NCBI GenBank assembly: GCA_041697335.1
Contig: JBGUGD010000035.1
Span: 64,001 to 128,000 of the forward strand
Direction of reading: 5' to 3'
Source: Vampirovibrionaceae bacterium NZW_1234
GTDB taxonomy: Bacteria > Cyanobacteriota > Vampirovibrionia > Vampirovibrionales > JAGQHJ01
DNA: 64,000 nucleotides
Shown: positions 1 to 8,413 of the stretch, one piece after another
Numbering within the stretch: the first letter of the stretch is position 1
How the letters are laid out: the number at the start of each line of letters is the position of its first letter
The notes under the pieces: model-generated
Databases searched by the model: none
What the model was told of the DNA's origin: nothing
The model's input: the letters and a program-made list of their open reading frames with translations, nothing else
Position numbers and translations under genes: made by a program

Positions 1-232
1 TCTGGGTATGAGGGACTGGAAAGTAAACCTTCTTAGGCTTGGTTTCTCCCATCTTAAGGTCTTTCTGGTTGGAAGGGAGTCCGCTAAACACAGTAGTCAT
101 TCCCTTTGTACTACCAATACGCAGTTTTACTGCATAGCCATCACATTTTACCAAGGGTAAGCTTTTCATCAAGCCATTAGATAAATTGCCTCCTTGGAGC
201 TGCAAGGGCCTTACATCTGATGTTCTAACAGG

Positions 233-1297
233 TTACTCAATGACGAGGAAATCATCTTCATTGTTGTCTTGGGTTGTCATGGGATGACTGAACATACCTT
301 CTCGAATGAAACCTGTTTCAAGGTTCTCAACCTCGACAAAATAAGCTTCTTCCCAAATATCTTCTCGTTCAATTTCTCCAACTCTAACACTCAGCCGATG
401 GATCCCATATCGTGTAACCATATCGGGAGATTCAAGTTCCCACTTTATATAAGCCTCTATGTCTTTTATGGCAACATATTTCAAATTTTTTCTATTAAAT
501 TGTAATGATAAACGAGGGTTAGTACTCACATTGCCCGAATATATATCAAAAACATGAGTGCCAAATATTGGCGCCTGTGGAACAAGTGCTTCCACAACCT
601 TGATCCCGGGAATAATGCTTTTTTCATCAATCTTAAAGCCTTCACCAACTTGGCGTCCTTGCATTGGAATAATCTTAGTATCAAACCAAATAGTCCTAAT
701 TAAAGTATTAGCAGGCTTTGAGGACTTGTTTTTTAGGCAAGCTACCAGGTCAAACGTTAAATTATCGTACATCGGGTCTTCTGTTTCACAAAACTCAAGC
801 CACAAATCGGGCCCTGCCTGACGGTTCATCACATCCCGTATCTCAAATTCTTCCATAGGAACAGATTCAAAGTTAAATCGCTTATAAAACTTTTTATCTG
901 AGGCTTGGTGCGGAGCATTGGTACTTTGAGGTATTTCCACAACGTATGCGAACTTTCCCGGAGAGGTTGAGGTGAGTTCAACAGGATGAATGACAATCCC
1001 ACTGATTCTCCTCTGAATACGAGAATTGATTACTTGCTCCAACCATTCCTTGGATATCTCGGATGGGTTGAATCCTTCATCTAACTTTTCAGGCAGGTGT
1101 TTAGTCTCTCCGGTGCCTTCAACCATACCGTAGATGATTGTGCCACCAGCAGAGTTAGCGAAGGCTGAAACGTCTTTACTTAGCTCGTTCTTCTTTCCGT
1201 CAGTAGTTGCCAAGCTATTACAGGCTTTGTAGTCTAAGGTTAAACTCTCTTCAACCTTGTTATCTATAAGGGAGATTAAGCGTTCTTCTGTCCACAT
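233..1297 (-). CDS. Schlafen/AlbA_2 domain protein with an unknown C-terminal domain
   Basis: N-terminal motifs EESLTLDYK, KDVSAFANSAGGTIIYG and PHQA...FYKR are typical of AlbA_2. Confidence 0.85.
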   Translation of the reverse strand: MWTEERLISLIDNKVEESLTLDYKACNSLATTDGKKNELSKDVSAFANSAGGTIIYGMVEGTGETKHLPEKLDEGFNPSEISKEWLEQVINSRIQRRISGIVIHPVELTSTSPGKFAYVVEIPQSTNAPHQASDKKFYKRFNFESVPMEEFEIRDVMNRQAGPDLWLEFCETEDPMYDNLTFDLVACLKNKSSKPANTLIRTIWFDTKIIPMQGRQVGEGFKIDEKSIIPGIKVVEALVPQAPIFGTHVFDIYSGNVSTNPRLSLQFNRKNLKYVAIKDIEAYIKWELESPDMVTRYGIHRLSVRVGEIEREDIWEEAYFVEVENLETGFIREGMFSHPMTTQDNNEDDFLVIE

Positions 1298-1372
1298 ATC
1301 TAATTCCTGCTTATGTTCCTAGCTAAGCTACTTTGTAAACAATGGGATTAATAGATCGGACTTGATGTGGGC

Positions 1373-2047
1373 TTAGAATTGAATGTAATTGGTTTCATCT
1401 ACAAATATCTGGTAAGCTTCAATATCTTTTTTCCGCTCTGGAGTTAGCCATCCTCTTTTATCCCAAAATTCTCTGATTCGTCTTGGTGATGGTGGTGACA
1501 TAATTCCACCAACCCTCAAGGCTTCCCATTCTTTCATAGCCTCTTTAGCTTCAGGAGTAGGGTTTGGTCCTCCGAATTCAGAAGGTACTTTACTACCACC
1601 AAGGGCTTTGTAAGCCATATCAAATGCAACATAAGGGTACCAATATTCATTAAGCATAGATTTGATTTCATCAGAACTGATGCCCATTGAGTGACACACT
1701 CTTATTAACCGGTCTTTCTTTGCAGATTTCTCTTCTGGACTTGCACCTGCGAAACGATTACCACCTTGTATAAGACCTAAGATAATTGGTATAAGGGTTG
1801 ACGCCATTTCCTTCTGAAGTTCTTTGATGTTTGACTCAGCAGTTATCGCTATTCTTCTTAACTTAACCCCTTGACTCCCCAGCGTAAGTGTTTCAAAAGT
1901 ATGTAGGTTAGCGAATAGTAATGAAGCGCCACAAAGACCCGCCATAATAGCCATTGGCTTCCATCGGTCCAGATAACCAAAATGAATGGCTATCAAAAAA
2001 CTAGCTATTGCAACAATAAAGTAGATGAGGTTCCTTTGTTTTTCCAT
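1373..2047 (-). CDS. Hypothetical membrane protein (two N-terminal TM helices)
   Basis: 224-aa ORF with a hydrophobic N-terminus; directly abuts the upstream ORF. Confidence 0.7.
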   Translation of the reverse strand: MEKQRNLIYFIVAIASFLIAIHFGYLDRWKPMAIMAGLCGASLLFANLHTFETLTLGSQGVKLRRIAITAESNIKELQKEMASTLIPIILGLIQGGNRFAGASPEEKSAKKDRLIRVCHSMGISSDEIKSMLNEYWYPYVAFDMAYKALGGSKVPSEFGGPNPTPEAKEAMKEWEALRVGGIMSPPSPRRIREFWDKRGWLTPERKKDIEAYQIFVDETNYIQF

Positions 2048-2335
2048 CTATTTACTCACTCTCTGCCGATATTCCTTAACCATCTCCGGCGTAACGTCCT
2101 CGGGATAACACAAAGGAGCATACCCACCAGCACGATTGTAAGCGCTTCTTCTACCGCAAGCGTGACCTCTTCTGTCTGTATTATAAGGACAAGGACAATT
2201 CCCTGGATACTCAGCGATTGATTCCTGAATGAGCTTCTGTTTAATGGCGGCGTCTGAAAATTGTTTTGCTTCCGTGACAGGAACAGCAGCGAATGTCACC
2301 ATAACTAAGGCCACAATTGCTAACTTGTGATTCAT
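2048..2335 (-). CDS. Small secreted Cys-rich conserved hypothetical protein
   Basis: Signal peptide followed by CPCPY...CGRRSAYNRAGGYAPLCYPEDV. Confidence 0.75.
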   Translation of the reverse strand: MNHKLAIVALVMVTFAAVPVTEAKQFSDAAIKQKLIQESIAEYPGNCPCPYNTDRRGHACGRRSAYNRAGGYAPLCYPEDVTPEMVKEYRQRVSK

Positions 2336-2479
2336 CTTCCGTCCATCTTAGTGTTCAACTCAGCCGACATGATACCACCAAAGTCGCTTGTTGCTTCAAA
2401 AGGCAATTTCAAAAGCTGCCATGTTTTTATTTAAACAGCGAAGAAATTGACTTGGATGATGGAGAGAGGAGAGGCAATT

Positions 2480-2779
2480 ATGAGTAATTTTTACAGCATT
2501 GGTACTATGGCGTCACCGTCAGCGACATCTTCACCTATAACAATAGGTTCAGGCCGAGAAATAGCCTCATTTAACGGTACTGTTGAAGATATTATGTTTG
2601 AATACCTTCATAAGCTTTGTGGCGACAAAGAACTAAATGTTGAGAATCTAATTAAGCAGAACGGCAACAGCATTAACACAAGTGCCTTACAGGTGCCGAG
2701 TTATTTCAGCATTAGCGCGCTAGCGGCAAGCAGCGGAAACAGCGGCATCCCCATGAATCAACTAGACAACTTGGTCTAA
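2480..2779 (+). CDS. Hypothetical protein
   Basis: ORF with GGAGAGG-like SD before ATG 2480; no recognisable motif. Confidence 0.45.
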   Translation: MSNFYSIGTMASPSATSSPITIGSGREIASFNGTVEDIMFEYLHKLCGDKELNVENLIKQNGNSINTSALQVPSYFSISALAASSGNSGIPMNQLDNLV

Positions 2780-2815
2780 TAGAATTTATTTTCGAGTTTT
2801 GCTTTAATAGGTTTC

Positions 2816-3067
2816 ATGAATCTGAACCCGCAAAAATACAGAATAGCCTTGTCTGAAGACCTAGGCGTTCCTTCTGCTGCCATTGATTATTGGGAATATC
2901 AGGAGGAGACGGAAGCTAAGAAGGTCTTCAGGCGTATGGATGTGCCTTCAGGATATCAGCTTACCTTATGGAAGCTTGAACCAATGGAACAGATGGTCAT
3001 GGGTTTCGTACATCCTCCCTATTGGCGTAAGATCGACACAAGAATCGGTTTCTCGGAGTTCCCATGA
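2816..3067 (+). CDS. Hypothetical protein
   Basis: 83-aa ORF with an ATGA overlap into the nuclease gene. Confidence 0.55.
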   Translation: MNLNPQKYRIALSEDLGVPSAAIDYWEYQEETEAKKVFRRMDVPSGYQLTLWKLEPMEQMVMGFVHPPYWRKIDTRIGFSEFP

Positions 3068-3549
3068 AGTTTATCCTGTCGATTGTTCTAACAGCCCTTC
3101 TCACTGGTTCAGCCTTCGCTGATAAAGTCTGCAAGGTTTCGGATGGCGATACCTTCAATTTATGCCCTAAGAAACGGGTAAGATTGGCTTGCATTGACGC
3201 GCCAGAAGTCAGGCACAACAAGAAACAATCAGGACAACCAATGGGTTTCGAGTCCAGAGAGTTCCTAAAGGAAACTACAATGGGCAAGGACGTAAAGGTT
3301 CGCTGCGTTGCTCAATCCTACGATCGCCGTGTATGTTTTGCAGAGGTCAATGGCCGTGATTTAAGCGAAATGATGGTACTGGAAGGATTGGCCTTTGTGT
3401 CCCCTACAAAATGGGCCTACTGTAAAGGCGAATACGGTTTGAAGCTTACCAAATATCAGGAATACGCTAAAGCCAAGAAAGTAGGCATTTGGCGGCTTCC
3501 TAATGGGGGTGTTAGGCCGTGGGAGTATAGACACACTAACAGCCACTAA
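3064..3549 (+). CDS. Secreted thermonuclease (SNase family)
   Basis: Signal peptide; motifs VSDGDT, VRLACIDAPE, YDR, AKAKKVGIW and PWEYR. Confidence 0.9.
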   Translation: MKFILSIVLTALLTGSAFADKVCKVSDGDTFNLCPKKRVRLACIDAPEVRHNKKQSGQPMGFESREFLKETTMGKDVKVRCVAQSYDRRVCFAEVNGRDLSEMMVLEGLAFVSPTKWAYCKGEYGLKLTKYQEYAKAKKVGIWRLPNGGVRPWEYRHTNSH

Positions 3550-4358
3550 GTACTAACAGCTTCATCCAGCTTATACATGAGTAAACTGGCTAAAAATAAA
3601 TAGTGCATGGCTCTTTCAGGACTGATTAGAAGATTGTCATGGGCGTTCGGATTACGGATCCCTCTCATCACCCCGGCAAAGATTTGCGTATAGCCTTCTT
3701 GGACGTTCTTGCCAGACTCGGTTCCTAAATCATCTAGGACAATCACAGGGTTCTTAATGCTGAAGGCATTAAACATAAGATCCGAGCCATCCCTCTCTTC
3801 GCCCCTGCACTTTAGAAAACTCTCTTTAACTCGCTTGTTAACCTCTTTTAGAGCCGATTCTACCGCATCAGCATAATGACCATCCTCAAATTTAATCTGA
3901 GAGGTTAACTGAATCCGCTTGTGTATTAAAGCCCACATTGGCTCAAAGGCGTTCTTAGAGCTATTGGAGGCTAGGTTGTCGCTGTCTGAAAAATCTATCT
4001 TTGCTTCCTCCAGATTTTCAATTAAGCCCTGAAGGAAGGTGATAGCGTTAGGTAAGTCACCTTCAAAGTCTCGCTGGTATTCGGCATCTGAGCCACCAGC
4101 ATAACTAATATAGGTTATGCGGTAATGCTGGTTACGCAGATATTCAGGGGAGGTAGGACCAAAAATTTCAAGAATGTCTCTGTTAATTCGCTGCTCCACA
4201 TTGTCCACTTGTTGGTCATTGTGCCAAACGTGATCTATTTGTAATTGTTTGACTTCCTCTAGACGTCGTTGTAGCTTTGCGATGCCTCTGTCGATTTCAG
4301 CAAGCGAGTCGAATTTCTTAATTTCTGGCTGTGGTGGTGTGGATTTCTTGGTCGCCAT
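3546..4358 (-). CDS. TIGR02391 (Hypoth_Ymh) domain protein
   Basis: C-terminal F..GHYADAVESA...DG..LM..AF...G...GIRNP.AH pattern. Start moved to ATG 4358, which has an SD. Confidence 0.85.
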   Translation of the reverse strand: MATKKSTPPQPEIKKFDSLAEIDRGIAKLQRRLEEVKQLQIDHVWHNDQQVDNVEQRINRDILEIFGPTSPEYLRNQHYRITYISYAGGSDAEYQRDFEGDLPNAITFLQGLIENLEEAKIDFSDSDNLASNSSKNAFEPMWALIHKRIQLTSQIKFEDGHYADAVESALKEVNKRVKESFLKCRGEERDGSDLMFNAFSIKNPVIVLDDLGTESGKNVQEGYTQIFAGVMRGIRNPNAHDNLLISPERAMHYLFLASLLMYKLDEAVST

Positions 4359-4530
4359 CCTGTGATCCCTCTTCCCTAACGTAACTATACAGAAGAGTAT
4401 AGGATAAACGGGGATAAACATGTCTGTCTTAAGGAAAATTTAAGGCGGTTGTTGGTCACCAATTCACTGTCATACAACTGCCATCGCTGTCGTGTAAGTT
4501 GGATACTGTAGAAAATGTGAGGGCAACACA

Positions 4531-4761
4531 ATGGCCAACGGTATGGATAGACATACGATCACCCGTCGTCAGTTTGAGGAAGACAAGCAAGAGCTTATTA
4601 GAAGGGCTAACGCAACCATGTTTGACAGTGAACCGGTCATTATACCGGGAACTGAAGTGAGGATCGAAAGCCGACTGGTTAAACAGGACGAAGAGCTTGA
4701 TAAGACACTTATTTTAGCTCTGCAAGCCTTCCATAAGAAGCCTGTTGAAATCGTGGATTAA
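4531..4761 (+). CDS. Hypothetical protein
   Basis: 76-aa ORF with GAGG SD, convergent with the integrase. Confidence 0.55.
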   Translation: MANGMDRHTITRRQFEEDKQELIRRANATMFDSEPVIIPGTEVRIESRLVKQDEELDKTLILALQAFHKKPVEIVD

Positions 4762-6023
4762 TCCCAACCCTTCATCATCTCTACAACCTCGTCTTCCGTC
4801 GTCCGGCAGTACTTCATCGTTGTCTTGATGTCCGAATGACCTGCTGCAATTTGAAGCATATTCAATGGCTTACCCTTATTGGCGTTGTGGGTGATGAATG
4901 CCCTTCGAAGTACGTGAGGAGTAACTTCAACACCCGCACGTTTACCGAGCTTTCCCAATACTGACCTTAAGCCGTGTCTGTCAGTCTTCTCCCCATATCT
5001 GCTTAAGAAGACGTTTTCACGAAGCCCGTGTTCTTGAATACAGAAGTCTCTATACTGTCTAAGAGCCTTTGCGACTTTCTCACCAAAACCCACTTTCCGT
5101 CGTTTACCACCCTTCCCACAACGAACAACAAGATAACCTTCTTCTAGATTCACATCGTCCCATTGTAGGTTACAGAATTCGCTTGCCCTCAACCCGGTTG
5201 CTGCTAAGAACAGAACTGTTGTGTACTGTCGAATGGTTTGACAATGAGCCAATAAAGCATCTAATTCAACTTCATTAATTGATGTGCGTTTAGGCGGTTT
5301 ATGACGTTTGGGTTGGAGCGGTTTTATCTCGTTGAGGAAGTACGGATTTAAGGCCTTTTCGTTGATCAGGTACTTAGCGAAACATACAACCGCCTTGTAC
5401 AGTTTATCTCGCTTGCCATATTGTTCAACAGGTATGGACAACAACTCTTTCTTAAGGCTGGTAAGGCTTAGCTCCTTGTGCTTTTTAAGGAACTTATCAA
5501 TATAAAAGCTGTAATACTTGACTGTAAATGGACTAAATGGTTTACCACCAATTAACCCGTGTTCCATTGATCGTCTCCATGGCTCAACAGACCTTATCAA
5601 CTCGCCATAGGAGGCACAAGAAGAAATTTTGGCAGAGTCATTTTCTCCCTGATGGCCCATTAACTTGTTGAAGCGTTCAAACAGCTTCCCGGCTAAATCA
5701 TCTAGCTGGTCGTTTGTGTCCCCTCTACGCTTCTTTTTAGTGCTTAAATGACGCTCAAGCGATTCAACGTCAATTAAATACCTGGTTTTAGTTCCATACG
5801 GTTCAGTAAACGCTTGTACCTTACCTTGTTCGCACCACAAAGTTAGCGTACTTGGAGCAATATTGTAGGTTTTAGAGACTTTTTGAAGCGGTAGGTAACT
5901 TTCCGATCTGGGAAGTTCCTGTGAAGTTGTTAAAAGGTCTGAAGAATGGTGGGCGGTACAAGATTCGAACTTGTGACCCCTTCCGTGTGAAGGAAGTGCT
6001 CTACCACTGAGCCAACCGCCCAT
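4758..6023 (-). CDS. Tyrosine recombinase/integrase with an N-terminal excisionase-like HTH; true start uncertain because the frame runs through the tRNA
   Basis: Catalytic motifs TGLRASE, GKGGK, HVLRR and AGHSDIKTTMKY. N-terminal YLPLQKVSKTYNIAPSTLTLWCEQG resembles HTH_17. Confidence 0.9.
   Translation of the reverse strand: MGGWLSGRALPSHGRGHKFESCTAHHSSDLLTTSQELPRSESYLPLQKVSKTYNIAPSTLTLWCEQGKVQAFTEPYGTKTRYLIDVESLERHLSTKKKRRGDTNDQLDDLAGKLFERFNKLMGHQGENDSAKISSCASYGELIRSVEPWRRSMEHGLIGGKPFSPFTVKYYSFYIDKFLKKHKELSLTSLKKELLSIPVEQYGKRDKLYKAVVCFAKYLINEKALNPYFLNEIKPLQPKRHKPPKRTSINEVELDALLAHCQTIRQYTTVLFLAATGLRASEFCNLQWDDVNLEEGYLVVRCGKGGKRRKVGFGEKVAKALRQYRDFCIQEHGLRENVFLSRYGEKTDRHGLRSVLGKLGKRAGVEVTPHVLRRAFITHNANKGKPLNMLQIAAGHSDIKTTMKYCRTTEDEVVEMMKGWD
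5947..6021 (-). tRNA. tRNA-Val (anticodon CAC)
   Basis: Reverse complement GGGCGGTTGGCTCAGTGGTAGAGCACTTCCTTCACACGGAAGGGGTCACAAGTTCGAATCTTGTACCGCCCACCA folds as a cloverleaf with a TTCGAA T-loop and encoded CCA. Confidence 0.97.
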
Positions 6024-6040
6024 ATTCGCTTGGGTTAGAC

Positions 6041-6070
6041 AGCATAGCAGAAACCAGGGGTAAGCTGCAA
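6041..6070 (-). promoter_or_regulatory. Sigma70-like promoter of the tRNA
   Basis: TTGCAG-N18-TATGCT with an extended -10 TG. Confidence 0.55.
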
Positions 6071-6172
6071 GGCATGACTCTCACCCCCTCATGCAGACTT
6101 GCATCGGCCAAAGGTTCTCGTCTTGGGTTTGATGTGGCAGATTGACCACAGAAAGGCGGCAAAGACAAAATA

Positions 6173-6212
6173 AAAAGCAAGGGTATCCTCCCTTGTGGGG
6201 AAAACACCCTTG
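6173..6212 (-). terminator. Intrinsic terminator
   Basis: AAGGGTGTTTTCCC-CACAA-GGGAGGATACCCTT hairpin followed by GCTTTTT on the minus strand. Confidence 0.65.
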
Positions 6213-6560
6213 TTCGCTTCTTCTCGCTCCTGATATGACTTTAATGTACTAGGCTATGTTGTTGAGAGAGTCAGGGATAGAAAATCTAGCGTCGCATTTG
6301 TACAATGAGCGCACCTTGGCGTTGCCCAATCACCCCCAAGTATCTTAATGAGGTGATATTCGCATTGATGTTAAATGCTTTTGAGCAACATCGAGGGTTA
6401 GAAACAGAAAACACCTCGACCAGATGGGACCCCGTTCGGATCAGATCTGTTCTGTTACCGCATGCACCCTTGCACTTTGTTTCATACTTTTTATTCCTCA
6501 ACCTATATTTCGTAACCAGCGAGACCCTTATTCACAGATTCCATTAAACCATTTGTATTA

Positions 6561-6611
6561 ATATAAAAACAAGAACTATGAATTTAATGTTAGGGTTAAT
6601 ATTTTTTTAAG
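6561..6611 (-). promoter_or_regulatory. Conserved 51-bp promoter element, copy 1
   Basis: CTTAAAAAAA-TATTAACCC-TAA-CATTAAATTC-N7-TTGTTTTTATAT; 39/51 identical without gaps to 10343-10393. Confidence 0.65.
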
Positions 6612-6880
6612 AATGTCTCCCAGTATACATTTCCCCCCTCTCAGCCTGCCCCTGTTCCACTGTGTAACATTCGGATAACGTGTCTCAATTCCCCTTCATT
6701 CGGGCGTTCATGGAACGTCACCCTTGCGGTTTCATGGAATCCTCATTGCCCACCTGGGCGATGTCATGTATACTGGCTAAGTCAATAGGCCGAAGCGTGC
6801 TTTACCACGCGGCTTACAGCCCCCAGGGGTACCGTTCCAAGTCCTAAGTAGTTTTGAGAACAGAGAGAGTGAGTTGTCCG

Positions 6881-7165
6881 ATGCAACAAACCCACCGATC
6901 TCCTTATCCTGACACGTTTTATTACGCGTCTGACGAATATCTTGAACCTGTTGAACGCCAAGGCCTTTTTCGGCGTCCTGTTTTACGTGAACGCATCAGT
7001 AGTCCCCTCCAAACACCCTCTCATGCAAACACACTGACTGAGCGAACCGAACCACTGAGAACCAAATTTATGCTCCAGCATGATGAAATCCCGGAATCCA
7101 CGGATGACTTGCTGGATATGCTTTATGAAGATCGAAGCAACTCTATTACGCTCGGTTCTTATTAA
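6881..7165 (+). CDS. Hypothetical protein
   Basis: ORF upstream of the Fe-S cluster genes; no motif recognised. Confidence 0.5.
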   Translation: MQQTHRSPYPDTFYYASDEYLEPVERQGLFRRPVLRERISSPLQTPSHANTLTERTEPLRTKFMLQHDEIPESTDDLLDMLYEDRSNSITLGSY

Positions 7166-7260
7166 TCTCTCGTTTCTTTATGAACTGACATCCATTGGCA
7201 TGAGCGCGCTTTCATGTCTATAATCCTGGGATCCCCGATGTTTTTTCCAGGAGATGACTT

Positions 7261-7491
7261 ATGATTACAGAAGCTGAATTCACGGAGCTCCTCACCACTG
7301 CCTTTCCCGATGCGGAAGTGGCTCTGGTCGATACGACGGGCACGCTGGACCATTACCGCCTATGGATTAAATCTGTGGCATTCCAGGGCAAAAACCTGAT
7401 TCAACAACATCAATTGGTGTATCAGGCGTTGGATACTGCCATGAAAGATGGTCGTATCCATGCGGTTGAAATTAAGACCGAAGCCCCGTAA
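7261..7491 (+). CDS. bolA: BolA family protein
   Basis: DHY...S.AFQGKNLIQQHQLVY...IHA; AGGAG SD. Confidence 0.92.
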   Translation: MITEAEFTELLTTAFPDAEVALVDTTGTLDHYRLWIKSVAFQGKNLIQQHQLVYQALDTAMKDGRIHAVEIKTEAP

Positions 7492-7547
7492 AATCTCTAA
7501 TCAGACCGAGGAAACACAATCGTAAAACGACTAAAGGAGATTTACTG

Positions 7548-7883
7548 ATGTCGAATACGCTTCAATCCCTTCAACAAGAAATTCAAGACGAAATCAAACA
7601 AAACGGCATTGTCATCTATGCCAAAGGCACCAAAGAACAGCCCCGTTGTGGTTTTACTGTCGAAACCATCCAGTTTTTCGAGCGCTATGGACGCCCTTAC
7701 GCTGTCATTGACGTGCTGGAGAACATGGAAAAACGTGAAGCCTTGACTCAGATGACCAACTGGCCCACATTGCCTAAAGTATTCATTGGTGGTGAGTTCT
7801 ACGGCGATACCGACATTTTGGATGAAATGGCCGCCAAGGGTGAAATTGAGCCTCTTCTGGCGAAAACCTTTGGTGAAGGCTAG
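7548..7883 (+). CDS. grxD: Monothiol glutaredoxin (Grx4/GrxD family)
   Basis: KGT..QPRCGFT and WPTLPKVFIGGEFYGDTDI. Confidence 0.9.
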   Translation: MSNTLQSLQQEIQDEIKQNGIVIYAKGTKEQPRCGFTVETIQFFERYGRPYAVIDVLENMEKREALTQMTNWPTLPKVFIGGEFYGDTDILDEMAAKGEIEPLLAKTFGEG

Positions 7884-7920
7884 TCAACCTCGTCTGATTT
7901 CTCAAAAACAAACAATGCTT

Positions 7921-7950
7921 TAAGCCCAAATCAGTGATGGTTTGGGCTTA
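7921..7950. terminator. Stem-loop between grxD and iscA
   Basis: TAAGCCCAAATCA-GTGA-TGGTTTGGGCTTA inverted repeat. Confidence 0.5.
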
Positions 7951-8027
7951 AAACCGGAGATTAGCTATGTTATAGTGTCAGTACACCTGCTGACAAAATC
8001 GTCCATAATCTCAGGAGATTGCCAACC

Positions 8028-8396
8028 ATGAGTGAAACTGTCACCTATAAAGCCGCTCCACCAGACCTGGTCCAAATTACCGATGTGGCTCTGGCTCAGA
8101 TTCAACAGCTGATGGTGGACGAAAAAGCCAAGTCTGAAACGGTCCAAGGCCTTCGCTTAGGTGTTAAAGGCGGTGGTTGTTCCGGTTTGTCTTATAAAAT
8201 TGCCTTTGACCAGCCTCAACCGAATGACTACCTCTTGGAACGGGACGGTGTCCAAATTTACATCGACCCCAAAAGCGCTATTTACCTCAAAGGCATGACC
8301 GTGGATTACCAGGGTGGCCTGGAAGGTAAAGGTTTTGTGTTTACCAATCCCAACGCCACCAGCACCTGTGGCTGTGGTGAATCCTTCAGCGTTTAG
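8028..8396 (+). CDS. iscA: A-type Fe-S carrier (IscA/HesB)
   Basis: GGGCSGLSY and NPNATSTCGCGESF. Confidence 0.93.
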   Translation: MSETVTYKAAPPDLVQITDVALAQIQQLMVDEKAKSETVQGLRLGVKGGGCSGLSYKIAFDQPQPNDYLLERDGVQIYIDPKSAIYLKGMTVDYQGGLEGKGFVFTNPNATSTCGCGESFSV

Positions 8397-8413
8397 TCCG
8401 TCTATCAGCACCC

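Larger units (their letters stand above)
1..5946. mobile_element. Right end of an integrative element (genomic island or prophage remnant) inserted at tRNA-Val; continues off the left edge
   Basis: A tyrosine integrase abuts the tRNA 3' end. The region is visibly more AT-rich than the flanking host genes and carries defence-type cargo. The second att copy is not in the window. Confidence 0.85.

Noticed and set aside
1..169. Possible partial minus-strand ORF (MKSLPLVKC...) running off the left edge
   Set aside because: Only 56 codons are visible, there is no motif, and the SD is poorly spaced.
6305..6547. 80-aa plus-strand ORF
   Set aside because: No SD or motif; the promoter and terminator signals in this region point to the minus strand.
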